From contig CAZPYY010000001.1 in NCBI GenBank assembly GCA_964590995.1, forward strand, positions 762-64,761: a DNA stretch of 64,000 nt. Direction: 5' to 3'. The notes beneath the pieces are model-generated. The model was not told the DNA's origin, did no database searches, and worked only from the letters and a program-made list of their open reading frames with translations. The DNA comes from an uncultured Planctomycetia bacterium (GTDB lineage Bacteria > Omnitrophota > Gorgyraeia > Duberdicusellales > 4484-171). Below, piece by piece: positions 26,761 to 38,700 of the stretch. Each line of letters starts with the position of its first letter. The first letter of the stretch is position 1. Both the position numbers and the translations under genes were made by a program.

Positions 26761-29700
26761 TGCTGATAATTAGGTATAATTCCCACTGGTGTCTGTGGTA
26801 TAAGTGGTTCTCTGTAGCGCTCAAAAGGAGTTTCTCCCATAATATGTTTTTGTCGCCAAGTATCAGACATGCTTGGGGTAAGCATATTGGGTCGAATATG
26901 ATAATTTGGCTGTGTAGAATCATAACCTTTGGTATGAGCTTTCCACACTCCGGGAGCAGCAACGCCTTCAAAATTATATATACCTGGCCAATTTCCTCCC
27001 CTAGGGAAATAATGCCATTTAGATACATCCTGGTCTCTAATCATTATATCTAAATTCGGCATATTTAAATTAGGGTGAATTTCATGAATTTTATGCGAAA
27101 TTACTAAAGGATCATTGTAAGTAAGGTGTGCTCCAGCAATATCTTTAAAGTCATTTATACGATAAGGGTATATTGAATCATAACGATTAATACCAAAAGC
27201 TTTAAAGCCAAAGGCATTATAAACAGGATCCCCTTGCAAAGCTATATTCTCCCACTTTTGGTCCAAACTTGAAAAATCACGCCAGGAAGGAGACCCAAGA
27301 CTTACGAGATGAACTCTGTGTTCATCAAAAAGCTGGCGCACACGCGGATCTAAATCCGGAGAAAGGAATCTTTCTCCTACCAAATTCCCACCGCTGTACA
27401 TCACTGCCATTATTCTGCCTTTTTCTCCTACTATATCTTTAGCCTTTAGCATTGTACCGTCTAATCTTAGCTGAGCATCTAGAATATCCTTACCTGGATT
27501 CCGTATATCTCCGCTAAAAATATTTCCAGTCCAAGAATGTTCAATAACTTTTATTCCACTCAGCTTTAGAATTCTTATAAAAGGCCGATTTCCAGTAACA
27601 TCTACATTTAAATCTCTACGGTTGTAAGGATTAAACCCCAGTAAAGAATCATCAACACCAGGAATAACTATCGCAACATCTATTTTTGGTATATTTTGAT
27701 TTATCTGGGGCCTTACTGATTCTGCTAATAATGGTTCAATGGTCTTTAAGGAAAGCGCTGCAATTGCACGATTCCAAGTATCAGGTTCCTGTTTTAAAGC
27801 GTCTGCCAAAGGATTCACTAACTGAGGATTTTCATGCACTCTAACTCCTAAATTAGCTATTGCGCTTCTACGCACAAATACGGAATCATCTTTTAATGCC
27901 GGAGTAAGTAAATTATCTACAGAAGGTTGCTCTAACCTCCCTATAGCATCAACTGCTACGCTCCTTATCTGCCAAGATTTATCATCGAGAAGCGGTTTGA
28001 TGTCGTTAGCTATATTAGGATATTGAGTAATTTTGCTTCCTAAGCCTTGCACTGCAATACTGCGTATTGTGTTATCACGCACTGTATCCAAAGCAATGGA
28101 AGTTAAGGGTGCTAGGGTAGCCGGTGAGTTAATTCGGCCTAAGGCTAAGGCTGAAGCCCGGCCTAAGCCTAAATTATCGCTATGTAAATTATCTTTGATT
28201 GCTTCTATAGCTTCAGGCTTATTAATATTCCCCCAGCCAAGGCCAAGGGTAGCTGCTGAACGGACTAAGGGGTCAGGATCTATCTTAGCTATCTTAATAA
28301 AAGACTTACTTACGGCAGGCATATCCGTTACTTTCCCACTTAAACCTTCTACTGCTGCTAAACGTACCTTTTGGCTATCGTCTTCTAAATAAGGTATTAC
28401 CTCTTTCAAAGGAGCATCGGGAACTTTAGCAAATGACTGGATAGCCGTAGCGCGGATAATCGCATTATCTTCCTTAATTATCCGGCTTAATTCAGTAAGC
28501 GCCCTCTTGTCCTCAGTAAGCCCTAAGGAAAATACTGCTACTTGTTTAGTAGGAATATCCGGACTATTCAGATAAGGCTTTATCATATCTACTGCATATC
28601 CACTCTTTGATTGGCCTAAATTTAATAAAATTCTCTTCTGAAAATCTGGATTATTACTCTTCTTTAATATCTCTTCAATGGGCTCTTTCAACTGAGGATA
28701 ATCTTCAATATGAGGAGATAAAGCAATCGCTGTTGCCTGTTGTATTCCTACTTCTTTATCGTTTAGCATCCTGGTTATCGCAGCTATTGCTTGTGGTTCT
28801 TTACTTCCTCTTAAACTATTTACGCAAGCTAACTTTACATTATTATCCCTCGCTTTATTTAAAAGCTCAATAGTTAAATCGGTTATCTGGGAATTTTCTT
28901 TTATTTTGTCAGAAAGTACTGCTATAGCTGCTGAGCGAACTAAAGGGTCGGGGTCAGTTTTGACAATTTCGATAAATGAATCCTTGATTTGTGGTATATC
29001 TGCCACTTTGCCACTTAAAGCATTTATGGTTGTCAAACGTACAATTTTACTCTCATCATACAAATAAGGCTTCAAATTCACAATTGGCGCCTCCGGAATT
29101 TGAACAAATGAATGTATGGCTATGGCGCGGATAAGCTCAGTGTTTTCCATAATAGTCCGGATAAGCTCGGCAAGCGCTCTTTGATCTTTGGTAAAACCTA
29201 AAGATAAAACTGCTGTTTGTTTAATGGAAATATCCGGGCTATCCAGATAAGGCTTTATCATATCAACAGCATACTTGCTCTTTACCTGAGCCAAACCAGC
29301 TAAAATTCTTTTTTTGGTATCTTTATCTTTCCCTTTTAATGCCTCATCAAGAAACTTTCTTAATTGAGGGTAATCATCTACATAGTTTATCAAAGCAATA
29401 ACTACCTCGGGCGGAATCGAAGGAGAAATATCACAAAGTTTCTGATACAACGGCTCAATTAGCTCCGGATGCTTCTTTAAATTATTAAGGTATACTAAAA
29501 CAGCTGTATACCCTATCTCTACCTTGGGATTCACAAGTACATATTGGACATCCTGACCTGAAGAATAATATGACTGACTTCCATCGGACCAAACACATTT
29601 TCCTGTAGTCATTATACTTTTAGAATGATATCTATTATGTTTTTTCAAATGATATTTTACAGGGCCGTTAACATCTTCCTCGCGCAAAATTTTACCGATC

Positions 29701-32700
29701 AAATCAATTATTTTAGGATTATCATCTATCCTGTCAGAAAGTGCCAGCATAGCCGCTACCCGCACGCTAACTTCTTCATCCTTATTGGAAACAAACTCAA
29801 ACAATAAATCTGTAACTTCTTGTTCTTTAAACTGTACTAAAGAAGATATTATTTTACAACGCGTTCCTGAAACATAATCTTTTGCTGCCTTGATTAATAC
29901 AGGCAAAACCTCTCTACCTCCGATACGCCCTAAAGCAAATATTACATTTGATTGAAATTCTTTATATTCAGCCTTTTCTAACAGCTCAATTAAGTATGAA
30001 GTTGCTTTTGAACCACCCAATTTACTTAACGCCACAATTGCTTCTTCCATTACATTAATATCTCTGCCTTTTAAGTTTGAATCATACTTTTTCGGATTTG
30101 AGATAATATCAATAAGATATTTTACTGCCTGGGGACTTCCTAGCTGTGCTAAAGAGAAAACAGTTAAAACAAATACTCGTTCTCTTATCTCCTCTGTAGT
30201 CCACTTATTTGGTAAAAGTAGCCTCAAAATGAACTCATGTTTAAATTCATCTGCATTGTAATCCCCCTTGAGGGCTTTCATTAATGTATCTTTGGCCAAA
30301 GAATCGCCTAAACATGCTAATACCCTTGCAGCATAGAAGGGGGTCCGAAAATTATCACTCTTTAAGGCCCTTAAATACCCTCCGTACAACTCCTCATGAG
30401 TCACTCCCAACTTAATCAAAACATCTCCTGGAGGATAAAATAACTTAGGTTCTACAATATATAAATTATGCTGCCCGGCAGCCCCGGTTGTCATCTGTAT
30501 ATAGCCATCCACTAATCCTTTCTTTATCTCGTTAGTCATCTCAGGTGCACGAAATAGTTTAGGGCTTTGGGTGGATACACACCAATAGTAAATTAAAGCA
30601 TTACCATAATTTTTACGTTTAAGTGCTCTCTCTGCTATCTTAATCTGTTTATGCGTGAAAGCTCCAGAGCCTGGGGTAGCACACCCACTGTGAAAAACCA
30701 AACTTAATAAAAGCAATATAATTATAGCCTTACCAAGAAATGATTTTACCTTGTTTAGGCGAATCCCTGCCTTGCCGGCAGGCAGGCTAAACACCTCCCG
30801 GTTGAGGACTGTCCTCAACCGCTCTTTAAGGCTTTTGCCTGTTATATTTTCTTCCCCTACCGGAGAGCTGGTCGACTCAAACTTAATCTTAAATACTTCT
30901 ATTTGAAGCCCTAATATCATATCCTGCTGTCCAGCAGGGCTGTAAGCAGGAATGATGCCAAGTTTCCTATCCTCAGCAGCCGTAACTAAAACCAAGGCTG
31001 CCGGATTTCTTATTTTTAGTGCCTCAGCAAAGTTTTTTGTTTTTTTGCGTATTACTTTCTCATAATCTCTATACTCTATAGAAGGATCATAATCATCTAT
31101 GGAAGAGTAATAATCAAACTCGATAACTGTTACTAAATTACGCGGAAAGGGCAACACAGAAAGGTTGTATTGATCTACTACTCTATCTCCGATATAGTCA
31201 TCGCAATAGTACCCTGGTATAGAAGGCGTAATCCACCAGGGCTCAATGGCTAATCCTCTCTCAACAAGGTAAGGTACCCAATTATTATTCTTAAGCATAC
31301 CCGAATAAACCCAATTATCCGAATGCTCGTCGCCATAGAAAAGAGAAAAAGGTGCTTTAAGAATTCCGCGAGCAACCAGTCTTTCTAACCATCTAATACC
31401 TGGAGCGTGTATCCGGCAAAGAGCGACAGGACAATCCAGCAATAAAGAAACTCCCTCTGATATTTTAATTGGGCTGGAGCTAAAGGATAAAGTTTGATGG
31501 TTTTGAGGATTATCAAGAACTGTGGATTTCTTAGCTTTAGAAGAAAGGGCAGGCGAAGAGGCCCCACCAGCCACGGAAGAGGTAACCTCTTCTTGAGTTT
31601 TAACCTGCCCTTTTATATTATTATACCTTTTTAAATTACCAAGGGAGAGAATTTTCTTAAATATTTTTTTTGTGTTATATATGATTTTAATTTTTTCTTT
31701 GGATATCTTGAAGAAGGTAAATATTTTAAATGACTTCCTAATCGGTGGTGCGTGTGATTTAAAATTTAATATATAAAACTGCACTGGGGAGCTGGAGGAA
31801 TTTTCTTGCTGATCTAGCATTCCTGGAACTTTTGTCAAGGCGATAATTAAGCGGATAATCCTGGAGTTTCTGGCAATCATCTCATCCCGGCTTAACCATA
31901 TGGGAATTCCTAAGTTATTGAATATAGAGCTAAGGAAAAAACTTTGATTGAAACCTTCTCCTTCCTTAATAAAATTAAGTATGTCTTTTTCCGAAAGCCT
32001 TCCTATTTCCTGGGAAATGCTTTCTAACTGAGATGTATAATGGAATAGAGGTTGAGGGATGAATATGTTAATTGTGTCAGTCAATTCCAAAGCCACTTCG
32101 TTATGCATACATCTTATAGCAAAAGTAATTGGTTTTTCAATGGCCGGCAATCTACTCATTGTCTGGTATACCCCATCAAAGATACCGAGTACAACCTGAC
32201 TGTTTGCCGGGCTCACCTTTACAGGTTGATCTTTAACTATTTTATATATACCTTCATCAATATCCTCTCCAGTTAAAAACAGGGCCCTTTCCGCCACCTC
32301 TTTACGCAAGTAAAATTCTGCCTTGCCCCTGCGTTGTTTATCCTCCAGCATAAGCCTAAAATATGGCTCATCATGCGTATTGACCAACTTAAGCGAAATG
32401 GAATAAGAGGATGATTGAATCGGCGAGCTGGAATCACCATTTTTTAACTGTTTTGCAGAACCAATAATCCTATCTTTTAACCTATTACTTAGTTGTTTCA
32501 TGAACTCTTCGCTTGTTTTTATATCAACTGTCAATGCCTGAATAACTTTAGGGTCAACCTCTGTATGTTTTACCAAGGCTTCTATTAAATAATCTAAGAG
32601 ATAATTTAGTATCTGAGAAAATACTTCTTTTTTGAACTTTACATCATGCATATCCTGCAAAGATAATAAAAGACGCTTGATTGTTTCCTTTATGTCCTTG

Positions 32701-35700
32701 GGCACACTGCTATCTGCTTCTCTGATAACCTTATCTATTTCTTCTAAGCTCAATAATTTAAATACATCTTGAAGAGAAATCTTCTCTTTTATGTGAATAT
32801 CTCCCTCATCAATAAGGCCATGTTGAATCGCAACACTAACTAAAATGAAAATTACTGCCACCTTTGTGCCGTCTCTTAGTTCGCTTCTCCACTTAAGTGA
32901 ATCAACCTTAAATATGTCTAAAGTCGTTTCATCTCCTACAACAAAATATAGCGTTTTTTCATCTTTGTTGTATCGAATCGCCACAATTGGATTGCCAGAC
33001 CAAATTGCCTGTTCAAAAGGTTGATTATCTTGAGTTAGGTACTGCAAAAGTGTAGTGCCATCTTTTGCTTCTAACTGCATTTTCTCAATAAATCTTCCTT
33101 GATCCATCTTATTCTTAACAAAATACAAACCTCCCCCATCCTCGCTAACTTGGAAAGTAAAGACCATATCTGGCGACTGTAAGTGTATAATACCCTCCTC
33201 TGTACTTGTAGGATCTATAATCTCAACAAAACCTGCTTCTTTTAACATTTTTAAATAGTCTCTCTTTGTTTGCTGCTCTTCCGCGCTTACCGGCGAGCTG
33301 GAAATTGAAGAACTGCTAGTGAGGAAACGCGGTAAAATATCTGCTAACGAAACATTCTCAATGTTTTTGACATCTCTCAATATCCTTTTAAGTTCTTCGG
33401 CGCCATCTCTTCCTCTTCGAAAACTGGTCCAGATCACAGCCTCCCAAAATATAGGGTCAGGCTTTCTCTCTAAAAATTCTACAAAATTTTTAAGGCTACC
33501 TTGATCCCAACTAATAACTGCTAGATGTCCTAATCCATGGTATCCTTCACCAATCATAGTTTTTATCCTGTCAAATAGAAGTTGGATTGCCTCTTTACCA
33601 AAATTATTTTTAAGCCTCCCTAAAAATAAACTGGCCTCTAGAACGAGACTCTGAACATGAAAGTCTTTGGAATGATCATGTAGTAGTATTACAAAGTTGA
33701 CATCTCTATGAGAAAGTATTTCTTTTAGTCCTGCCAATTCTAAGGAACCTGCTTTGAACTTCTTTATATCAATAGCTCCCTCATTAACAAGTTCTCTGAC
33801 TTTTTCTTCAATATTGTTAACAGCGGAATTGGATTCCTTTATAGGCGAGCTGGAGCCAACAAACGAAGGATAAAGGAAAGAAGAAGCTGCCTTTTCATTT
33901 ATCAACATAGAATTAAGCTCCGAAATAAGGTTGTCTACTATAAAATCGATAAATTCTTCAATGGCATGTTCCAGCGACTCGGCGACTGTGGTAAATGCGG
34001 GATTAACATTTTTATCTCTTAGGATCTTAATTGTCTTTCTTATATCCTCTATTATTTTTTCATTTATTATCTTTTCTATCTCTTCAGCAGGAGTGTCAAT
34101 AATGTTAAGAAATTCATAATGGGCGGTTATCTTATGAAACTTATCACCTATACAGGCAAAGAAATCAGCGTCAAAATCTAAAAATATAGGCCTTGTTTCA
34201 TCTTTAAAATCAGGAAGGCCATCCAGATGCACAACATGCATCTTGACTTTCCTTAGTCTTATCAATTCTGCCCCTTGCGGTATACGCAAGTTCCCATCTG
34301 CCTGAGGATGCTCACGGCCAAAATAGCAGTATTTACGCCCATCTTTTAGCTTAAACATAGCTGCATACACACCAAATTCTTCGTCGATACCTAATGCATA
34401 TCCTTGGGGATATACCTGCCATATTTCATCAATCAAATCATATAAAACACCTGCGAAAATATAGCAGTCTTCAGCGTAAGTAATACTTTTTGCTTCTTTA
34501 ACGGTCTTGGGTTGCGGTAAAATACGCAGAGGCGCGCCAGCATCTTCATGGGCGTCAATATGAATAAGTATTGCCCCCATAATACCTTTAAGAATCCGCA
34601 ACATTTCCCAATATTTATAAGCTTCGCCATGGTATTTTATCCTGGCGAATTTATTTTTAAGGGCGTTATTTACCGGCGAGCTGGAAGAATCTTCTCCTCT
34701 TATCCAACTTTTTAGTTCTTCTTTTGAAACTTTACCATAAAGTTCTTTTATCGAGCTTATTTGCTGTAATATAACTGAAGGATCGATGCCCTTCTCATTT
34801 TTAAGGAGGACAACTCCGGGGTATCGTGTCAATTGCGCTTCTCTACCTTCCTGTTTAAGTAAAGCGCACACTCTTCTTTCATGAGATGGTACCGTGCGAA
34901 AAACAAGCCATTCTTCAATCGGGCTACTCGAGACGCAATTCCTCAGGCTTTGTACTTTCGAGGCCGAATTACACTCATTGCCAGCAACTGGCGAATCATA
35001 ACCAAAGGCCGCAAGAGAGCTGGAAGAAGCATTGGGAGCTTCGGGCTGGTACAATTCCGGAAAGAATTCTTTGAGCTTGCCGGAGAATTCCTGATGCATT
35101 AATTGCAGGAATTCCGCAAGCTCATATCTGGAATAGGTTCTGCCTAGTTTATATAACTCTAAGCGCAGACTAGTAAGTTCGTCTATTTCCTCCAGCATCC
35201 TGTCATTGACCAGGGCGTTAAGGAAGCTGAAACGCAAGGAACGTGCGTAATTCATAGTATAAGGAATATTATTTGTCACCCAGAGCGCTTTGTAAAGTTC
35301 AACCGGATGCTCCAGAAGCATTTCGAAAAAAGTAGTTTTGTTAAGCCCTGTTTGGTCGAATCCCTCGTGATTGATGTTTGAAATTGCCTTCATTATCCGG
35401 TTAATCCACAAATTATTACGCCACAACCTGCTAAATGTACCTCTGAAGTCTTGGGGAATCTTATCAAGGTCCGGCCTAAATAGGAATGCTGTCGCTAATA
35501 CATCAAATTTACCTTGAACGAACCTTTTGTTAATTCTAGCACCGCGTAAGTAAGGGTTAGACAACGGTCCCGCCTCCTGCGGAAGCCTTAATACCTTAAG
35601 GTCCATCAAATCTTCTATATGCACACTTTCTGCGACAATAAATATTGCCTCTTTATCATCATAAGGATAAAATTCGATGTCCCCAACTCTTTTTCTATAA

Positions 35701-38700
35701 AGAATATCACCCTCTGTTACGCCTTCGGCATCTTCAATGGAAATAGCCCGGTCCCGCCATCCTTCAAAATGCTCAATTGTCGCCATTTCTTCTTCTGTCC
35801 TGATATCGGCTTTAGGCCAATCCGGATGGCCCAAAATAATCTTTCTCATATCAAACAACAGATCCGGTAAAAAAGAAATAATGGCTGTTGTATTCTTTAA
35901 GTTAAATGTGATATTCTCAACGCTACAGCCCGAGAATATCTTGGCCAACAACTCCCGCCAAGTCTGGCAAAGATTAAAGGTAAGGGCCTTGTTGCCAATC
36001 AGGTTATTTGCCCGTTTAAGCAAGCTGGTAAGTAAATCCTGAGTGGCGGAATCAAGTGCATACCCGGCCAATAAATCCTCGTGGGTTAACCTCTCAAACG
36101 CCGGCGCCGAGGAAGCACCAGAATCACCTTTCGTAGGCGAGCTGGAAGAATCAGCTCTTAGCTCGTAGCTGGTAGCTAGTAGCTGAAAACTATCCGCTAC
36201 AGGCGATGAGCTATTATCTAGCAGTGAGCTGGAGCGGGGGGAAACGAAAGACGAGGTATGAGAGACGAGGGATGAAGACGCGATACGCGAATCTTCCCCC
36301 GGTGAGGCGGCGGAGACGTTAGAGTAATGGTTACTACCCTTACGATTAATATACTGAATCATATCTTTCGCCCATGAGAATATTCTAATGAACAATAGTG
36401 GCTGCTCAGACTCTTTAGTTATCATATTAATAAGAGGTTTATTATCAAGGCATACTCGCACCAAGGCCTGATGTGTTCTTACCAGTTCATAGATAGTGCT
36501 TTTAAATTTTTCACTTCTGACATATGCCTCTTTAGCAAAGATTGTTTTTTTAGGACCTTTTTTTCGTTCTCTGTATTCATCTTTATAAATCCACTCAAGT
36601 GGCAGATACATTTCTGCCCAATTTCCTTTAGCTAAACGCTGTAAATTTTGCATTGTAAAACCAATCTTAGTGATTATGCAATTATCTAAATGCCCGCCGG
36701 CAATGATTAATCTTTGTCCCTTAGATAAATCAACCCTCCAATCTTTTACATGAATAAGGTTAACATTAGGCAATCTTGATTTTAGATAAGAATATCTTTC
36801 CTTAATAGGCATAATGCTGAAATATTGAATATTTGGGAAGTGGTATTGAGCGGAAATTGAATCGGTACGCTTTGTAGCGAAAGAATTGGGTTCTTCACCT
36901 ACCGGCGAGCTGGAGTCAATTGCTCCTTCCTCTCTCAAAGTGTTGACTACGCTATACAACCATGAGTTGATGACGAATAGTCTTGCAATAATACTTGCGA
37001 TATCATTTTCACAATCATATCTTCTAAAGTAATCTTTCAACAATCCCTCTATTTTGGCGCGTTCAATGGCTGTATCGATGACTGTTATTTCTTCGGCCGG
37101 TATGGTCTGTTTAGGATATTCTTTAAGCGAAATCTTATAACTATAAGCAGGTTTTCTTGTAACTTTTTCCCTGTCTTCTTCATCTAGCGCTTGCCTGGAG
37201 AAGATAGCGATAGAGCGTTTCTCCAGTGCAAGTTCTGATTGCGGATACTTTCCGACAAAAACTAATTTGTCTACTAATTTTCTTAATACTTCGTAGTTTT
37301 CCAGCATAAACTCTGATGTAGATAGACCTTCTTTAAAATTAAGTACGCTAAATTGTAAGTTGCCATCCTTATCAGCCGTTAGCCCGTTCTCCATGACCTC
37401 TCTCCTTGCCGATCTGGAGATATTTACCCATAGCGTTGGATGGAATAGCCTTCTCCCACATTGTTCAATCACAAACCTCAATCGCCTCTCAATGAAGTGC
37501 GGTATGTTTTCGTGTGATTTATAACTCTTTATCTCATCGGGTGGCGTACTAAGAATATCTTCTTTAGCTAAGAAGTCATGCATTCTTACTATATTTTTTG
37601 CGCGCGGGAGATTGAACTTCGTAGTTGCGCCAATTATATAGATAAAAGAGGCTGCTCTCTGGATGGGGTCACTAGTATAAATTCCAAAATACGGATTGCT
37701 TGATATGAGGATATGTTCTTCGTAGTCATAATTTATAACTGCGGCTAAGAATCTTTCAAACGGAGCAACGGGCAACAGTCCTTTTCTTGCCATCCCTTCC
37801 AAATGATCTGCCATTTCAGCAAAACCATTATCTCTCAGATACTTAATTGCCATCTGTAGGTCTTCATCTTTCGGCCCTTTTCTATGCAACTGGTCAAACT
37901 CCTTACCAATACCTTCCAAAATACCCTCCAAATCTCTGCCGATTTCTTTTCTAGCCGGCCTTGGGATGCCTGGCATCGCTCTGACTATATCCTCTCCCTG
38001 CCCGTCCGGCAAGCGGGTCCCTTCGGCGGAGGAGGAAGAGGAGGAATTATTTGTCTTTGCAATTTCCTTCAGCACATTCAAAATCTCCTGCCGCAGCGAT
38101 GTGCGACTAAGTTTATTGTCTATGGCGGGCGAGCTGGAAGATTTTCCTTTCAAATCCAGAATCTCCCGTAAAAGATTCCTTTTAACCTGTGCATACAGTT
38201 CCAGTAATACTGGTGCTGTGCACAGCTTCTTGGAACCCCTGTGTATCAAAGATTCCTCAAAGTCAGGGATATCTTTTTTATGAAGGGCATGTGTGGGATT
38301 TAGAAATGCAGACATTAAGAATGTCTTGTTATTTATTCCAGAAAAATAACGTACCAAATGCGAAAGTACTGATTGATCACTCACTAATATTATATCTGCC
38401 TGCTCTACCGCGTCTGCTCTAACAATCTCTATATTATGGAATTTATAAAACCGAGCAAGCCTCTCTCGCATAGCCACATAACCCCGGCAGTAAGAAATAA
38501 TTTTAGTAATAAACTTACAGGAAGACTTTTCTGCTCTAAGCGTTGTACCCGCAGAGAATATTTCTATGCCCATTCTATCCAATGGATCTTGGAGCACTAA
38601 TTCAAGCAATGGACTGCGAAAGACATTAACAGTACATACAACACGAATGCGCTTAATTTGTTTAATTCCTCTGGCTATAAAGATATTCTCGACTGAACGC

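Noticed and set aside
30695-30900. Signal-peptide-like segment considered as the start of a separate downstream lipoprotein gene
   Set aside because: No stop codon upstream in frame, no ATG/GTG with Shine-Dalgarno in the preceding 150 nt, and an SSSP junction directly precedes it as at other internal module boundaries.
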